This document shows, in pieces, positions 15,475 to 23,482 of a DNA stretch of 24,000 bases. Each line of letters opens with the position of its first letter. Position 1 is the first letter of the stretch. The stretch is from Nocardioidaceae bacterium. Its GTDB lineage: Bacteria; Actinomycetota; Actinomycetes; Propionibacteriales; Nocardioidaceae. The stretch lies in NCBI GenBank assembly GCA_035456965.1, contig DATICF010000004.1:918-24917 (forward strand), written 5' to 3'. The position numbers were made by a program, and so were the translations under genes. The notes under the pieces were generated by a model that worked only from the letters and a program-made list of their open reading frames with translations, was not told the DNA's origin and made no database searches.

Positions 15475-16593
15475 GAGCACCTTGGAGACACCAGGCAGTC
15501 GGGTCAGTCCGTAGCCGACCGCGAAGCACACCGGCACGGACACCGCCGAGACGAGCACGAACTTGGCCAACGCCCCGAGGGCCACGGGCGCGAACGTGAG
15601 CATGATCGCCGTGATGACCAGCGGGTGGATGAAGTACGTCGCGTAGGACGCACGTGCTGCCTTGGCGACGGTCGACCCGTGTCGGGGCCAGCGCCCGCGG
15701 AACCAGAGCACGAACCAGACCGTGAACGTGACCGCGATGAGGCCGTCGAGCACGGCCACGACCATCGTCGGCCAGCTCGTCGGCGGCCCGAAGTCCTCCT
15801 GTCCCCGAGCCACACCGAGGGCGAGCACGCCCACGAAGGCAACCGAGCCTGCGAGGGCGAGCCAGCCGAGCGGGCGTACCTGGTGCAGGGCCGGCGGGTC
15901 GTCGACCCATCCCACCTCCGCGGCCAGCGCCCCCAGGGCGAAGAGAACCGCGCCCTGCGGCCACTCGGCGACCCTGACGTTCAAGGGTGCCTCTTCGGTG
16001 AGCGGCGAGAACAGCCAGACCGGCCACGAGGCGACCGCGATGGTGAGCATGGACAGCGGCAGAACGACCCGGGCACGCGGGCGCCGATCGGCCGGGGCGG
16101 GGTGCAGCCGCCGCAACCCGGCGTACGCGACCGAGAAGACGAGCAGGGCGGCGACGAACCACATGGCGCCCGACTCGGTCCCCCTCAGGTAGAAGGCGAA
16201 GCTGCCGCGCTCGTCGTGGATGTTCCCCAGATAGTCCGTGAACGGCTGGACGAGGAGCACGAAGACGACCAGGGGTCCGCCGAGCCGGAGCAGCCTGCTG
16301 CGCGCGAATCCACCCGGTCCCCTGCGCTCCAACGAGCGGGCCGAGAACCAGCCGGCGACGAGGAAGAGCGGGCCCAGCCAGAACAGAGCGCCGAGGAGCC
16401 CTGGCACGGTCAGCACCGCCGACCACGGTCCCGAGGCGTCGAGCTCGTCGTCGTAGTACCAGCCCGCGAAGTCGACCACATAGCCGGTGGCCGTGTGCAG
16501 GACGATGACGCCCGCGATCAGCACAACCCGCAGGTTGTCCACCCACGGCTCGCGGGTCACGGGGCTAACGGTCTGCGCTGACGAGGTCACCAC
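15472..16593 (-). CDS. Integral-membrane acyltransferase family 3 protein
   Basis: 373 aa from GTG 16593 (GGGGAGG just upstream). The N-terminus REPWVDNLRVVLIAGVIVLHTA is typical of acyltransferase_3 / OpgC-like proteins. About 10 hydrophobic segments. The overlapping same-strand 489-aa ORF in another frame is Arg/Gly/Pro junk. Confidence 0.8.
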   Translation of the reverse strand: MVTSSAQTVSPVTREPWVDNLRVVLIAGVIVLHTATGYVVDFAGWYYDDELDASGPWSAVLTVPGLLGALFWLGPLFLVAGWFSARSLERRGPGGFARSRLLRLGGPLVVFVLLVQPFTDYLGNIHDERGSFAFYLRGTESGAMWFVAALLVFSVAYAGLRRLHPAPADRRPRARVVLPLSMLTIAVASWPVWLFSPLTEEAPLNVRVAEWPQGAVLFALGALAAEVGWVDDPPALHQVRPLGWLALAGSVAFVGVLALGVARGQEDFGPPTSWPTMVVAVLDGLIAVTFTVWFVLWFRGRWPRHGSTVAKAARASYATYFIHPLVITAIMLTFAPVALGALAKFVLVSAVSVPVCFAVGYGLTRLPGVSKVL

Positions 16594-16822
16594 GCACCTC
16601 CCCGAACACTCTCAGCGTGGGTGGGCGTTCGGGACGGATCCAGGGGCGGACGTCCCGCTCAGCAGGAGGAACAGCCCCACCTCGAACTGTCACTGGGTGT
16701 GTCCACCTGTCTACGACCGTCGTTGGTGTCGATGTCCCACAGGAGCCAGCCGCTGACGTAGCCCTGCACGGCTCGCGATCCTGTCGGTCAGGACTGTCCC
16801 CGACATCGGTGATGATGGAGCG

Positions 16823-17554
16823 ATGACGACCTATTCCGGCACGAAGGAGTTCGAAGGCGCGACCTTCGTCAAGGCCAGCTTCAAGGGCGCCACCCTGCGA
16901 TTCTCAGATGTCAGCGGTGTGACGATGCGCAGCGTCGATGTGGACGGACTCGACATCGACAGCCACGACCTGTTCTTCGGCAGCCTCTTCGTCAACGGGG
17001 TCGACGTGGTGCCGCTCGTGGATGCCGAGCTCAACCGGCAGTTCCCGGGCCGCGAGCTGCAGAAGGCGCAGACGCCCGAAGGCCTGCGCGAGGGCTGGGT
17101 CGCGGTGCAGTCCGCGTGGCAGACGACGGTAGCGGGCACGCCGCCGGACCTTGTGGACGCCCACGTCGAAGGCGAGTGGTCCTTGGCCCAGACCCTGCGG
17201 CACCTCATCCTGGCGACCGACGCCTGGCTTCGCGGCGGGATCCTGCGGGTGCAGCAGCCGTTCCACGAGATCGGCCAGATCTTCACCGGCGCCGACGAGA
17301 TGGGCTTCGACATGTCGATCTTCCGCGTGGACCCGCCGGTCTACGAGGAGATTCTCGCGGTGCGCGCAGAGCGACAACAGCTGGTGACCGACTTCCTGGC
17401 CACGGCCACGGCGGAGCTGCTCGCGGAGGAACGCGAGGACCCGTGGGGCGGCGGTGACTGGCGTCCGAGCGTCGGTGACTGCATTCGCGTGATCTTGGAG
17501 GAGGAGTGGGCGCACCTGCGCTACATCCGACGAGATCTCGCTCGTATGCGTTGA
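16823..17554 (+). CDS. DinB-family protein with N-terminal pentapeptide repeats
   Basis: 243 aa. Residues ~10-45 form 5-residue repeats (GATFV KASFK GATLR FSDVS GVTMR SVDVD GLDID). The remainder has DinB-like helices with conserved His (EWSLAQTLRHLILATD ... EEEWAHLRYIRRD). Confidence 0.7.
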   Translation: MTTYSGTKEFEGATFVKASFKGATLRFSDVSGVTMRSVDVDGLDIDSHDLFFGSLFVNGVDVVPLVDAELNRQFPGRELQKAQTPEGLREGWVAVQSAWQTTVAGTPPDLVDAHVEGEWSLAQTLRHLILATDAWLRGGILRVQQPFHEIGQIFTGADEMGFDMSIFRVDPPVYEEILAVRAERQQLVTDFLATATAELLAEEREDPWGGGDWRPSVGDCIRVILEEEWAHLRYIRRDLARMR

Positions 17555-17638
17555 ACCAGAAGGAGCCAGCCAAGGCGTCCTGTCGAGGAGCGGCGCCATC
17601 CTTCCTGACCTAGGCTGCCGGGATGAAGGACCAAGAAG

Positions 17639-17818
17639 ATGGTCACGGCCGAGGGCGTCGAGGACTTCACCGACCCCAAGGTGGGATACGCCATCGTGGA
17701 GGCCCGCACCCACGAAGAGGCTGCCCGGATCTTCTCTGAGCACCCGCATGTCAGGCTCCTGGCCGGCAACTCCATCGAGGTCTTGGAGTGTCCACCGCCG
17801 CCGGGTCGGCCAGGCTGA
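17639..17818 (+). pseudogene. Remnant of the C-terminal half of a YCII/DGPF-superfamily protein
   Basis: 59-codon ORF: MVTAEGVEDFTDPKVGYAIVEARTHEEAARIFSEHPHVRLLAGNSIEVLECPPPPGRPG. The G[YF]xIVEA...EA...P...G.SIEV pattern is the typical C-terminal end of YCII-like proteins; the N-terminal half is absent upstream. It could instead be an intact mini-protein. Confidence 0.3.
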
Positions 17819-18249
17819 AGCGCTCGCTCATGCCACCGAGGCTCCGGGCGAATCCGCAGCTGTTGACGTCACCCTGCGCTGGCCCCGTGGACCCGTCGAG
17901 AGACCGCCACACCTGAGTCGCCTCCTCGCCACAGGCCCGTCGAGGAAGTCCACGCGATCCCTCAGCACTTCCTGTCCGGGCGGTCACCTTCTCCTGTTCG
18001 CTCCCGACCATGCCGTCGCGGGGGGTGACCCTGCTTCCCAGCTGCTCGCCGTACTCACGGAGCCGCGCACGCACGGACATGTCGCAGACGGTGAAGCTGC
18101 TCGGTCGTGCCGATGAGCGCGTGCCTCCGCGCGGTCTTCCGGTCCGTCACGACCGGTTGTCCTCCTTGATCTGCCGGGTCGTGCAACCCCCGACGGGGAG
18201 TTCGCGTCTTGCAGGCGAACACAACAGATCGAATCCTTGGAGAACCACC

Positions 18250-18837
18250 ATGAACACCACCTCTCGCCTCCGCGCGCTCGTCGTCTCCGCGGTCCTCGCG
18301 GCAGGCCTCGGCACCGCATCTGCCGCCTTCGCGCAGGACACCGCTGCCCCGCCGGCCCCGAGCGTCACCTCGAGCGCCACCAGCACCTCGGTCCAGCGAA
18401 CGCCGACCTCGGTCGAGCACCAAGGCGGCCTCGTGATCGAGGGCTACGGCCAGTACGCCGGGTCGCCGGTCGCCGTCTACCTGTACGAGAACAGCCTCTA
18501 CGGCAACTCCCTGCAGGTGGTCCTCGACCCGGAGCAGGACGTCATCGGATACGTCGAGCAGCAGACGCCGTTCGTCGTAGACGGCGCGGTCGACGTCAAT
18601 GTCGACGTGCAGGGACGCAGCGTCCGACTCAGCGGCACCGTCACCGATTCCGGCGAGGTCGCGAAGAGCGTCGATCCTTTCCAGGACGCCGGCGAGCAGA
18701 TCGTCACCAAGGGCTCCCAGACCCGGCTTCTGGCGAACCTGTCACTGACGGTCGATGGCACCACCGTCCCGCTCGAGGCGGCTCCGGCCTTCGCCTACGA
18801 CCTCGACGTCCGCAAGGTCACCCTCTACGGCAACTGA
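18250..18837 (+). CDS. Secreted protein of unknown function
   Basis: Track ORF 18010..18837 trimmed to ATG 18250 (GGAG 8 nt upstream). Signal peptide MNTTSRLRALVVSAVLAAGLGTASAAFA-QD. Ser/Thr/Pro-rich linker, then a beta-rich, Cys-free domain. 195 aa. Confidence 0.7.
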   Translation: MNTTSRLRALVVSAVLAAGLGTASAAFAQDTAAPPAPSVTSSATSTSVQRTPTSVEHQGGLVIEGYGQYAGSPVAVYLYENSLYGNSLQVVLDPEQDVIGYVEQQTPFVVDGAVDVNVDVQGRSVRLSGTVTDSGEVAKSVDPFQDAGEQIVTKGSQTRLLANLSLTVDGTTVPLEAAPAFAYDLDVRKVTLYGN

Positions 18838-18844
18838 CCTCGGG

Positions 18845-18875
18845 CGAGCCCCCGGCCACACCGGCCGGGGGCTCG
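18845..18875. terminator. Strong GC hairpin between convergent genes (intrinsic-terminator-like)
   Basis: CGAGCCCCCGGCC-acacc-GGCCGGGGGCTCG: a perfect 13-bp stem with a 5-nt loop, 8 nt after the stop at 18837. There is no clear U-tract, as is common in high-GC actinobacteria. Confidence 0.55.
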
Positions 18876-18954
18876 TGCGTGGCGTCCACTGCCGAACTCC
18901 TCCGTGCCCAGAGCCAGGCATGAGGGTCCACAGATCGCAACCAGGCCGCGCCGG

Positions 18955-19524
18955 TCAGACGGAGGCGATGAACGCGCGCACCCGCTCGATGAGCAGCGCG
19001 GACGCCTCCGGGTCGTACGCGTCGAGCGAGGAGTCGGCGAAGAGGTGCTGGTCGCCGGGATAGACGAACAGCTCGGCGGATGCTGTGGAGCCGGTGAGCT
19101 CGCGTGCGGCCGGTAGGTCCTCGTCGAAGAGCTCGTCACCCTCCTTGCCGTGGATCTGCACCGGCACCCCCGCCGGCCACGCCTCCCCGAACTCCGTGAC
19201 AGGAATGCAGGAGTGCATGAGCAGTGCCCCGCGGGCCCCGGGCCTGGTTTGCGCGAGCCGCTGGGCGATCGTCACGCCGAAGGAGAATCCGGCGTAGACG
19301 AGGTCGGGGCCGAGCTCGTCGGCCGCGGCGGCGCCACGCTGCCGGATCGCGTCGAACCCTTCATCACGCGCGAACCCGAAACCCTCCTCGATGCTGCCGA
19401 ACGTGCGGCCGGCGAACAGGTCGGGCGTGTGCCCGGTGTGCCCGGCCTGTCGCAGGTCGTCGGCGAAGGCCCGCACTCCGTCGGTCAGGCCCTGGATGTG
19501 GTGGTACAGCAGCACTTCGGCCAT
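18955..19524 (-). CDS. Dienelactone hydrolase family protein
   Basis: Track ORF 18955..19602 trimmed to the internal ATG 19524, giving MAEVLLYHHIQGLTDGV, the usual N-terminus of this family. The nucleophile-elbow region reads LVYAGFSFGV (G-x-S-x-G-like, Phe at the first position) and a C-terminal His lies in PGDQHLF. The 26-codon extension would cover the divergent promoter region. Confidence 0.75.
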   Translation of the reverse strand: MAEVLLYHHIQGLTDGVRAFADDLRQAGHTGHTPDLFAGRTFGSIEEGFGFARDEGFDAIRQRGAAAADELGPDLVYAGFSFGVTIAQRLAQTRPGARGALLMHSCIPVTEFGEAWPAGVPVQIHGKEGDELFDEDLPAARELTGSTASAELFVYPGDQHLFADSSLDAYDPEASALLIERVRAFIASV

Positions 19525-19560
19525 GTCAGCGATGTCCCCCGCACATTGATCGAATACTTT

Positions 19561-19588
19561 GGAACATTCCGTGATGCTAGTCTGTTCC
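19561..19588. promoter_or_regulatory. Inverted repeat GGAACA-N16-TGTTCC overlapping a TAGTCT -10-like hexamer; candidate ArsR operator/promoter
   Basis: Read directly in the low-GC divergent region between the hydrolase and ArsR genes. TAGTCT (19578-19583) lies 8 nt upstream of GTG 19592, which is compatible with a leaderless transcript. Confidence 0.25.
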
Positions 19589-19591
19589 ACC

Positions 19592-20155
19592 GTGGCCGAC
19601 AACCCCCCGGACTACGAGCTAGCCGATCAGATGGCGCTGACCAGGCCTGCCCAGGTGAAGGCCCTCGGCCACCCGCTCCGCACCACGATCCTGCAGCTCC
19701 TCCACGAGCGGGCCGCGACCGTCACCGAGCTCGCGGCCGCGGTCGAGCGTCCCAAGAGCACGGTCGCGCACCACGTCGACGTACTCACCCGGAACGGCCT
19801 GCTCCAGGTGGTGCGCACGCGAAAGGTGCGGGCGATCGAGGAGCGCTTCTACGGGCGCACGGCACGCATGTTCTACGTAGCAGCGGAGCCATCCCCTGCA
19901 GGCGAGGAGATGCCGCGCGACTTCAACGACTTCGAGGTGGCTGCGCGCGAGTCCGCGAAGGCGTTCGAGCAGGGAAAGCTCTGGGGCTTCATCCGGCATG
20001 CGCGCATCTCTGAGGACCAGGCCTCTGAGTTCTGGGAGCAGATGGCCGCACTAATTCATGAGTTCGACCGGATGCCGAGGTCCGGCGAGACCATGTACGG
20101 ATTCGCGATCGGCATCTACCCCACCGACCACCCGACCCTGCCGGCAGCGGAGTGA
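19592..20155 (+). CDS. ArsR/SmtB-family winged-helix transcriptional regulator with a C-terminal extension
   Basis: HTH region LGHPLRTTILQLLHERAATVTELAAAVERPKSTVAHHVDVLTRNGLL. The start is uncertain. The track uses TTG 19559 and ATG 19574 is possible. I prefer GTG 19592 (leaderless, 8 nt after TAGTCT) because no candidate has an SD and homologues begin near the PDYEL motif. Confidence 0.75.
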   Translation: MADNPPDYELADQMALTRPAQVKALGHPLRTTILQLLHERAATVTELAAAVERPKSTVAHHVDVLTRNGLLQVVRTRKVRAIEERFYGRTARMFYVAAEPSPAGEEMPRDFNDFEVAARESAKAFEQGKLWGFIRHARISEDQASEFWEQMAALIHEFDRMPRSGETMYGFAIGIYPTDHPTLPAAE

Positions 20156-20251
20156 CGCGCCCACTCGCGAATCGCGGGCGGCCCGTTCGTGCGCCGTGGC
20201 CGTGGTCGTCGCCTCCGCATTCCGTGAGCTGCGGAACAGGGACGCAGCCAC

Positions 20252-20863
20252 TCAGAAGTCGATCCGCATCACCACTCGACGCAGCGTCGGCTCGCTCACC
20301 ACGCTGAGGCCGGCGGCCGCGAACACGCCGACGGTGCCGACATGCAGCTCTTCGAGCATCGCGTTCGTCGTGGCGATCGGATACGCCTCGAGGGCACGGG
20401 CGCCGCGATCGCGGGCGAACGCGACGCTCGCCCGCGCCAGCGCACGGCTGACGCCTCGTCGTCGAAAGCCTTTCCGGGTCAAGAGGCACGTCACCGCCCA
20501 GACACTGTCGTCGGTCTTGTCCTCGTCCCGGCCTTCCCACGGAACGCGGAAGACGCGCGTCAAGCCCTCGTACGCCGACCGGGGCTCGACCGCACACCAG
20601 CCGACCGGCTCGCCGTCCAAGGAGGCGACGAGGCCACTGGTCGTCGTCGAGTCCGGCAGGCCGCAGGCGGTCTGCTCGCGTAGCCGCGAGGCACGCTCCT
20701 CGACCGGGAACGATCCGAAGGACTCCTTCGGCCGCAGCTTGTAGCGCTGGCACTGGCAGCGGGCCCCGGGCCCTCGTGACCCGAAGACCTTCTGCACATC
20801 CTCCCAGCTCACCTCGTTCGCAGGCACGACCGTGACCGTGGCATCGGAAGGCGTGAACGGCAT
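20252..20863 (-). CDS. GNAT-family N-acetyltransferase
   Basis: Track ORF 20252..21064 trimmed to ATG 20863 (MPFTPSDATVTVVPANEVSWEDV). Acetyl-CoA-binding core TRKGFRRRGVSRALARASVAFARDRGARALEAYP (the R/Q-x-x-G-x-G/A type motif). 203 aa. Confidence 0.75.
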   Translation of the reverse strand: MPFTPSDATVTVVPANEVSWEDVQKVFGSRGPGARCQCQRYKLRPKESFGSFPVEERASRLREQTACGLPDSTTTSGLVASLDGEPVGWCAVEPRSAYEGLTRVFRVPWEGRDEDKTDDSVWAVTCLLTRKGFRRRGVSRALARASVAFARDRGARALEAYPIATTNAMLEELHVGTVGVFAAAGLSVVSEPTLRRVVMRIDF

Positions 20864-20954
20864 GCCAAGGATTCTGCACCGTTCCTCGTCGCTCCCCGGT
20901 CTGTTCGCAAGGATGCGTCCGAGGCTCGTCTCCTTGAAAGAAACCGGGAGGGGG

Positions 20955-20983
20955 TGTCGGATCGGGGCAGAGGTGTTCGTAGC
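20955..20983 (+). promoter_or_regulatory. Candidate ECF-type promoter TGTCGG-N17-CGTAGC upstream of the DGPF/sigma operon
   Basis: Pattern only. A GTC-containing -35-like and a CGT-containing -10-like element lie 55-80 nt upstream of ATG 21038. ECF sigma factors are usually autoregulated. My recollection of the ECF42 target motif (TGTCGA-like -35) is imprecise. Confidence 0.2.
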
Positions 20984-21037
20984 AAGGGTGAGCGGCCGCC
21001 CAGGAAGGGCGCCTCCAACCACAGGAGATGAACCGAG

Positions 21038-21361
21038 ATGCAGTACCTGTTCTCCGTGATCCACGACCAGCCCGACCTGGCGACCTCGGACGAGATGGCC
21101 GCCATCGATGCGTACAACGAAGGGCTCCAGGCCGACGGCTACTGGGTCTTCGCCGGCGGCCTCGGGCCACCCACCACGGCCACGGTCATCGACAACCGGA
21201 GTGGCGAGGCACTGCTCACCGACGGACCCTTCGTGGAGTCCAAGGAGTACCTCGCCGGCTTCTGGATCATCGAGGCCCCGGACCTCGACGTGGCCCTCAA
21301 GCTGGCCGCCGAGGGCTCGAAGGCCTGCAACCGGAAGGTCGAGGTGCGACCGTTCCTGTGA
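21038..21361 (+). CDS. YCII-related (DGPF-domain) protein
   Basis: 107 aa. GGAG upstream. Motif TDGPFVESKEYLAGFWIIEAPDLDVALKLAAE...VEVRPF. Its stop overlaps the sigma factor start (GTGA). Confidence 0.85.
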   Translation: MQYLFSVIHDQPDLATSDEMAAIDAYNEGLQADGYWVFAGGLGPPTTATVIDNRSGEALLTDGPFVESKEYLAGFWIIEAPDLDVALKLAAEGSKACNRKVEVRPFL

Positions 21362-22590
21362 GCACGGAAGACGTCTCAGCGGCGATCACCCGGGCCCATC
21401 ACGAGGAGTGGGCGCTGGTGGTCGCCGCCCTGACCAGACGTTTCGGTGACCTCGACATCGCCGAGGAGGCGGCGGCCGAGGCGTTCACGACCGCCGTCGA
21501 GCGGTGGCCGGTCGACGGCGTACCCCCCAATCCCGGTGCCTGGCTGACCACCACCGCCAAGCGCAAGGCCATCGACCGGATCCGACGCGAGAACAAGCGC
21601 GACGACAAAGAGGCGGAGGCTCAGTTGTTGTACGACGACGACTTGCCCGAGCCCTCAGGGGCCATCGGCGACGAGCGGCTCCGGCTGATCTTCACGTGCT
21701 GTCACCCCGCACTCGCGATGGAGACCCGCGTGGCGCTCACGCTGCGCATGGTCGGCGGGCTGACCGTGCCCGAGATCGCCCGTGCCTTCCTGGTGCAGGA
21801 GTCCACCATGGGCAAGCGGATCACCCGCGCCAAGGCGAAGATCAAGGCAGCTCACATCCCCTATCGGGTGCCGTCCTCTGAGGATCTCCCCGCACGTGTC
21901 TCCGGCGTGCTCGCCGTCCTCTTCCTCGTGTTCAACGAAGGCTACCTGGCCAGCGGCCCCGACACCGATCCCGTTCGTCGCGACCTGACCGCCGAGGCGA
22001 TCCGGCTCACTCGCCTGGTCCACGCCCTCCTGCCCGAGGACGGCGAGGTGGCCGGCCTGCTGGCACTGATGCTCCTCACCGAGGCTCGCCGCACCGCCCG
22101 GGTCGCAGCGAGCGGCGAGCTGATCACCCTCGGCGAGCAGGACCGCGGGGCCTGGGACGCAGCGCTGGTCGCCGAGGGGCATCGGCTTGTGCGTGAGCGC
22201 CTGGTCTCCGGGGTGGCTCCGGGTCGCTACCAGATCCTCGCCGCGATCAACGCCGTTCACACCTCCGCGCGCGACGTACGCGACACCGACTGGACGCAGG
22301 TCGTCGCCCTCTACGACCAGCTCGTCCGTCTCGACCCCTCCCCGGTCGTCGCCCTCAACCGGGCCGTCGCGGTCGCCGAGCTCGACGGCCCGGAGGTGGC
22401 ACTGGCGGCCGTCGACGGTCTCGAGGACCAGCTGTCCGGGTACCACGCCTACCATGCGACCCGTGCCGACCTGCTGCGCCGACTGGGCCTGAGCCAGAAC
22501 GCGCGAGCGGCCTACGACAGGGCGATCGAGCTGGCCGGCAACACCGCCGAGACCGCCTACCTGACACGCCGCCGCGACCAGCTGGGGTAG
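21358..22590 (+). CDS. ECF sigma factor with a long C-terminal TPR-like extension (ECF42-type)
   Basis: Track ORF 21028..22590 trimmed to GTG 21358 (the upstream part is out-of-frame overlap with the DGPF gene). Sigma2 region: AEEAAAEAFTTAVERWP...PGAWLTTTAKRKAIDRIRRE. Sigma4 region: ALTLRMVGGLTVPEIARAFLVQESTMGKRITRAKAKI. A ~240-aa extension follows (FNEGY...RYQILAAINAVH...YHAYHATRADLLRRLG). 410 aa. Confidence 0.85.
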   Translation: MSTEDVSAAITRAHHEEWALVVAALTRRFGDLDIAEEAAAEAFTTAVERWPVDGVPPNPGAWLTTTAKRKAIDRIRRENKRDDKEAEAQLLYDDDLPEPSGAIGDERLRLIFTCCHPALAMETRVALTLRMVGGLTVPEIARAFLVQESTMGKRITRAKAKIKAAHIPYRVPSSEDLPARVSGVLAVLFLVFNEGYLASGPDTDPVRRDLTAEAIRLTRLVHALLPEDGEVAGLLALMLLTEARRTARVAASGELITLGEQDRGAWDAALVAEGHRLVRERLVSGVAPGRYQILAAINAVHTSARDVRDTDWTQVVALYDQLVRLDPSPVVALNRAVAVAELDGPEVALAAVDGLEDQLSGYHAYHATRADLLRRLGLSQNARAAYDRAIELAGNTAETAYLTRRRDQLG

Positions 22591-22762
22591 TGCCCGCACG
22601 CCCGCGCGAGCCTGGTCATTGGCCCACAGGGGCGTGGCGCCGGGGCGACCCGGCACCGTCCGCCTACCCTGCGCACATGGACACCAGTGCCGAGGCCCGC
22701 GTCATCGCTGGCAGCGTCATGGCTGCGAATGTCTCCGCCCGCTGGGGCATACGGTGGCCCTC

Positions 22763-23482
22763 ATGTACTTGGAGAACCTCGTCTTCGACGCCGTCGAACC
22801 GCAGCACCTGGGCCGTTTCTGGGAGGCGGTGGTGGGCGGCGAGCGGCTCACGGACGAACCTGAGGGCTTCGAGACCAGACTCGCCGTCGAGGGCGGACCG
22901 GTGCTCGACCTGTGCTTCCAGCGCGTCCCCGCTCAGCCGTCCGAGTCCCCACGGCTCCACCTCGACCTTCTCGGCGGGACCCGCCAGACAGCAGTCGTCG
23001 ACCGGCTGCTCGAGCTGGGCGCTCGGCACGTGGACATCGGTCAGGGCGATGTCCCCTGGGTTGTGCTCGCCGACCCGGCGGGCAATCCCTTCTGCGTGAT
23101 GGAGGAGCGGGCGGCGTACGTCGACACCGGACCGATCGCGGCGCTCCCGCTCGACTCCGCCGACCCTGACGGTGACGCGGAGTTCTGGTCCTGGCTGACC
23201 GGTTGGACCGACGCACCCGGGATCGCGTCTCGCAACCTCCGTCACCCGTCGATGCGAGGCCCCCTCCTCGAGCTGTGTCCGGAGCCGGCCCGCAAGGGCA
23301 CGGCGAAGAACCGGCTTCACCTCGACCTGCGGCTCGAGGAAGACGATGATCCCGACGAAGTCGCTGCAGGCATCGCCTTCCGCGGCGGCCGCGAGCTCCA
23401 CCCCGACTGGGGCGATCTGCCGTGGCGGCACTACGCAGACCCTTCGGGCAACGAGTTCTGCGTGCTGCCTGCACGGTCGTAA
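22763..23482 (+). CDS. VOC (glyoxalase/bleomycin-resistance/dioxygenase) family protein, two tandem domains
   Basis: Track ORF 22619..23482 trimmed to ATG 22763 (MYLENLVFDAVEPQHLGRFWEAV). Both halves end in the family-typical pattern (VVLADPAGNPFCV and RHYADPSGNEFCV). TACGGT lies 7 nt upstream of the ATG, suggesting a leaderless mRNA. Confidence 0.75.
   Translation: MYLENLVFDAVEPQHLGRFWEAVVGGERLTDEPEGFETRLAVEGGPVLDLCFQRVPAQPSESPRLHLDLLGGTRQTAVVDRLLELGARHVDIGQGDVPWVVLADPAGNPFCVMEERAAYVDTGPIAALPLDSADPDGDAEFWSWLTGWTDAPGIASRNLRHPSMRGPLLELCPEPARKGTAKNRLHLDLRLEEDDDPDEVAAGIAFRGGRELHPDWGDLPWRHYADPSGNEFCVLPARS

Noticed and set aside
15077-16546. 489-aa minus-strand ORF overlapping the acyltransferase gene in a different frame
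   Set aside because: Extremely Arg/Gly/Pro/Ala-rich with no hydrophobic segments. The alternative frame (15472-16593) gives a coherent multi-pass acyltransferase-3 membrane protein.
16594-16822. Inverted repeat CGGGACG-N14-CGTCCCG (16630-16657) and short ORFs (16487-16756, 16617-16826) in the acyltransferase/DinB divergent region
   Set aside because: A 7-bp GC-rich stem with a 14-nt loop is expected by chance at this GC content. The short ORFs have no SD and junk-like composition.
17748-18116. 122-aa + strand ORF and 109/111/122-aa minus-strand ORFs in the 17750-18420 region as intact genes
   Set aside because: None has a convincing start context plus uniform coding signal over its length. 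Coding-like signal switches frames, so I report the area only as a possibly degraded region rather than calling any of these ORFs.
20156-20251. Possible terminator hairpins between the convergent ArsR and GNAT genes (CGCGAaTCGCG; TTCCG-N7-CGGAA)
   Set aside because: The stems are only 4-5 bp with no U-tract, which is too weak to call.
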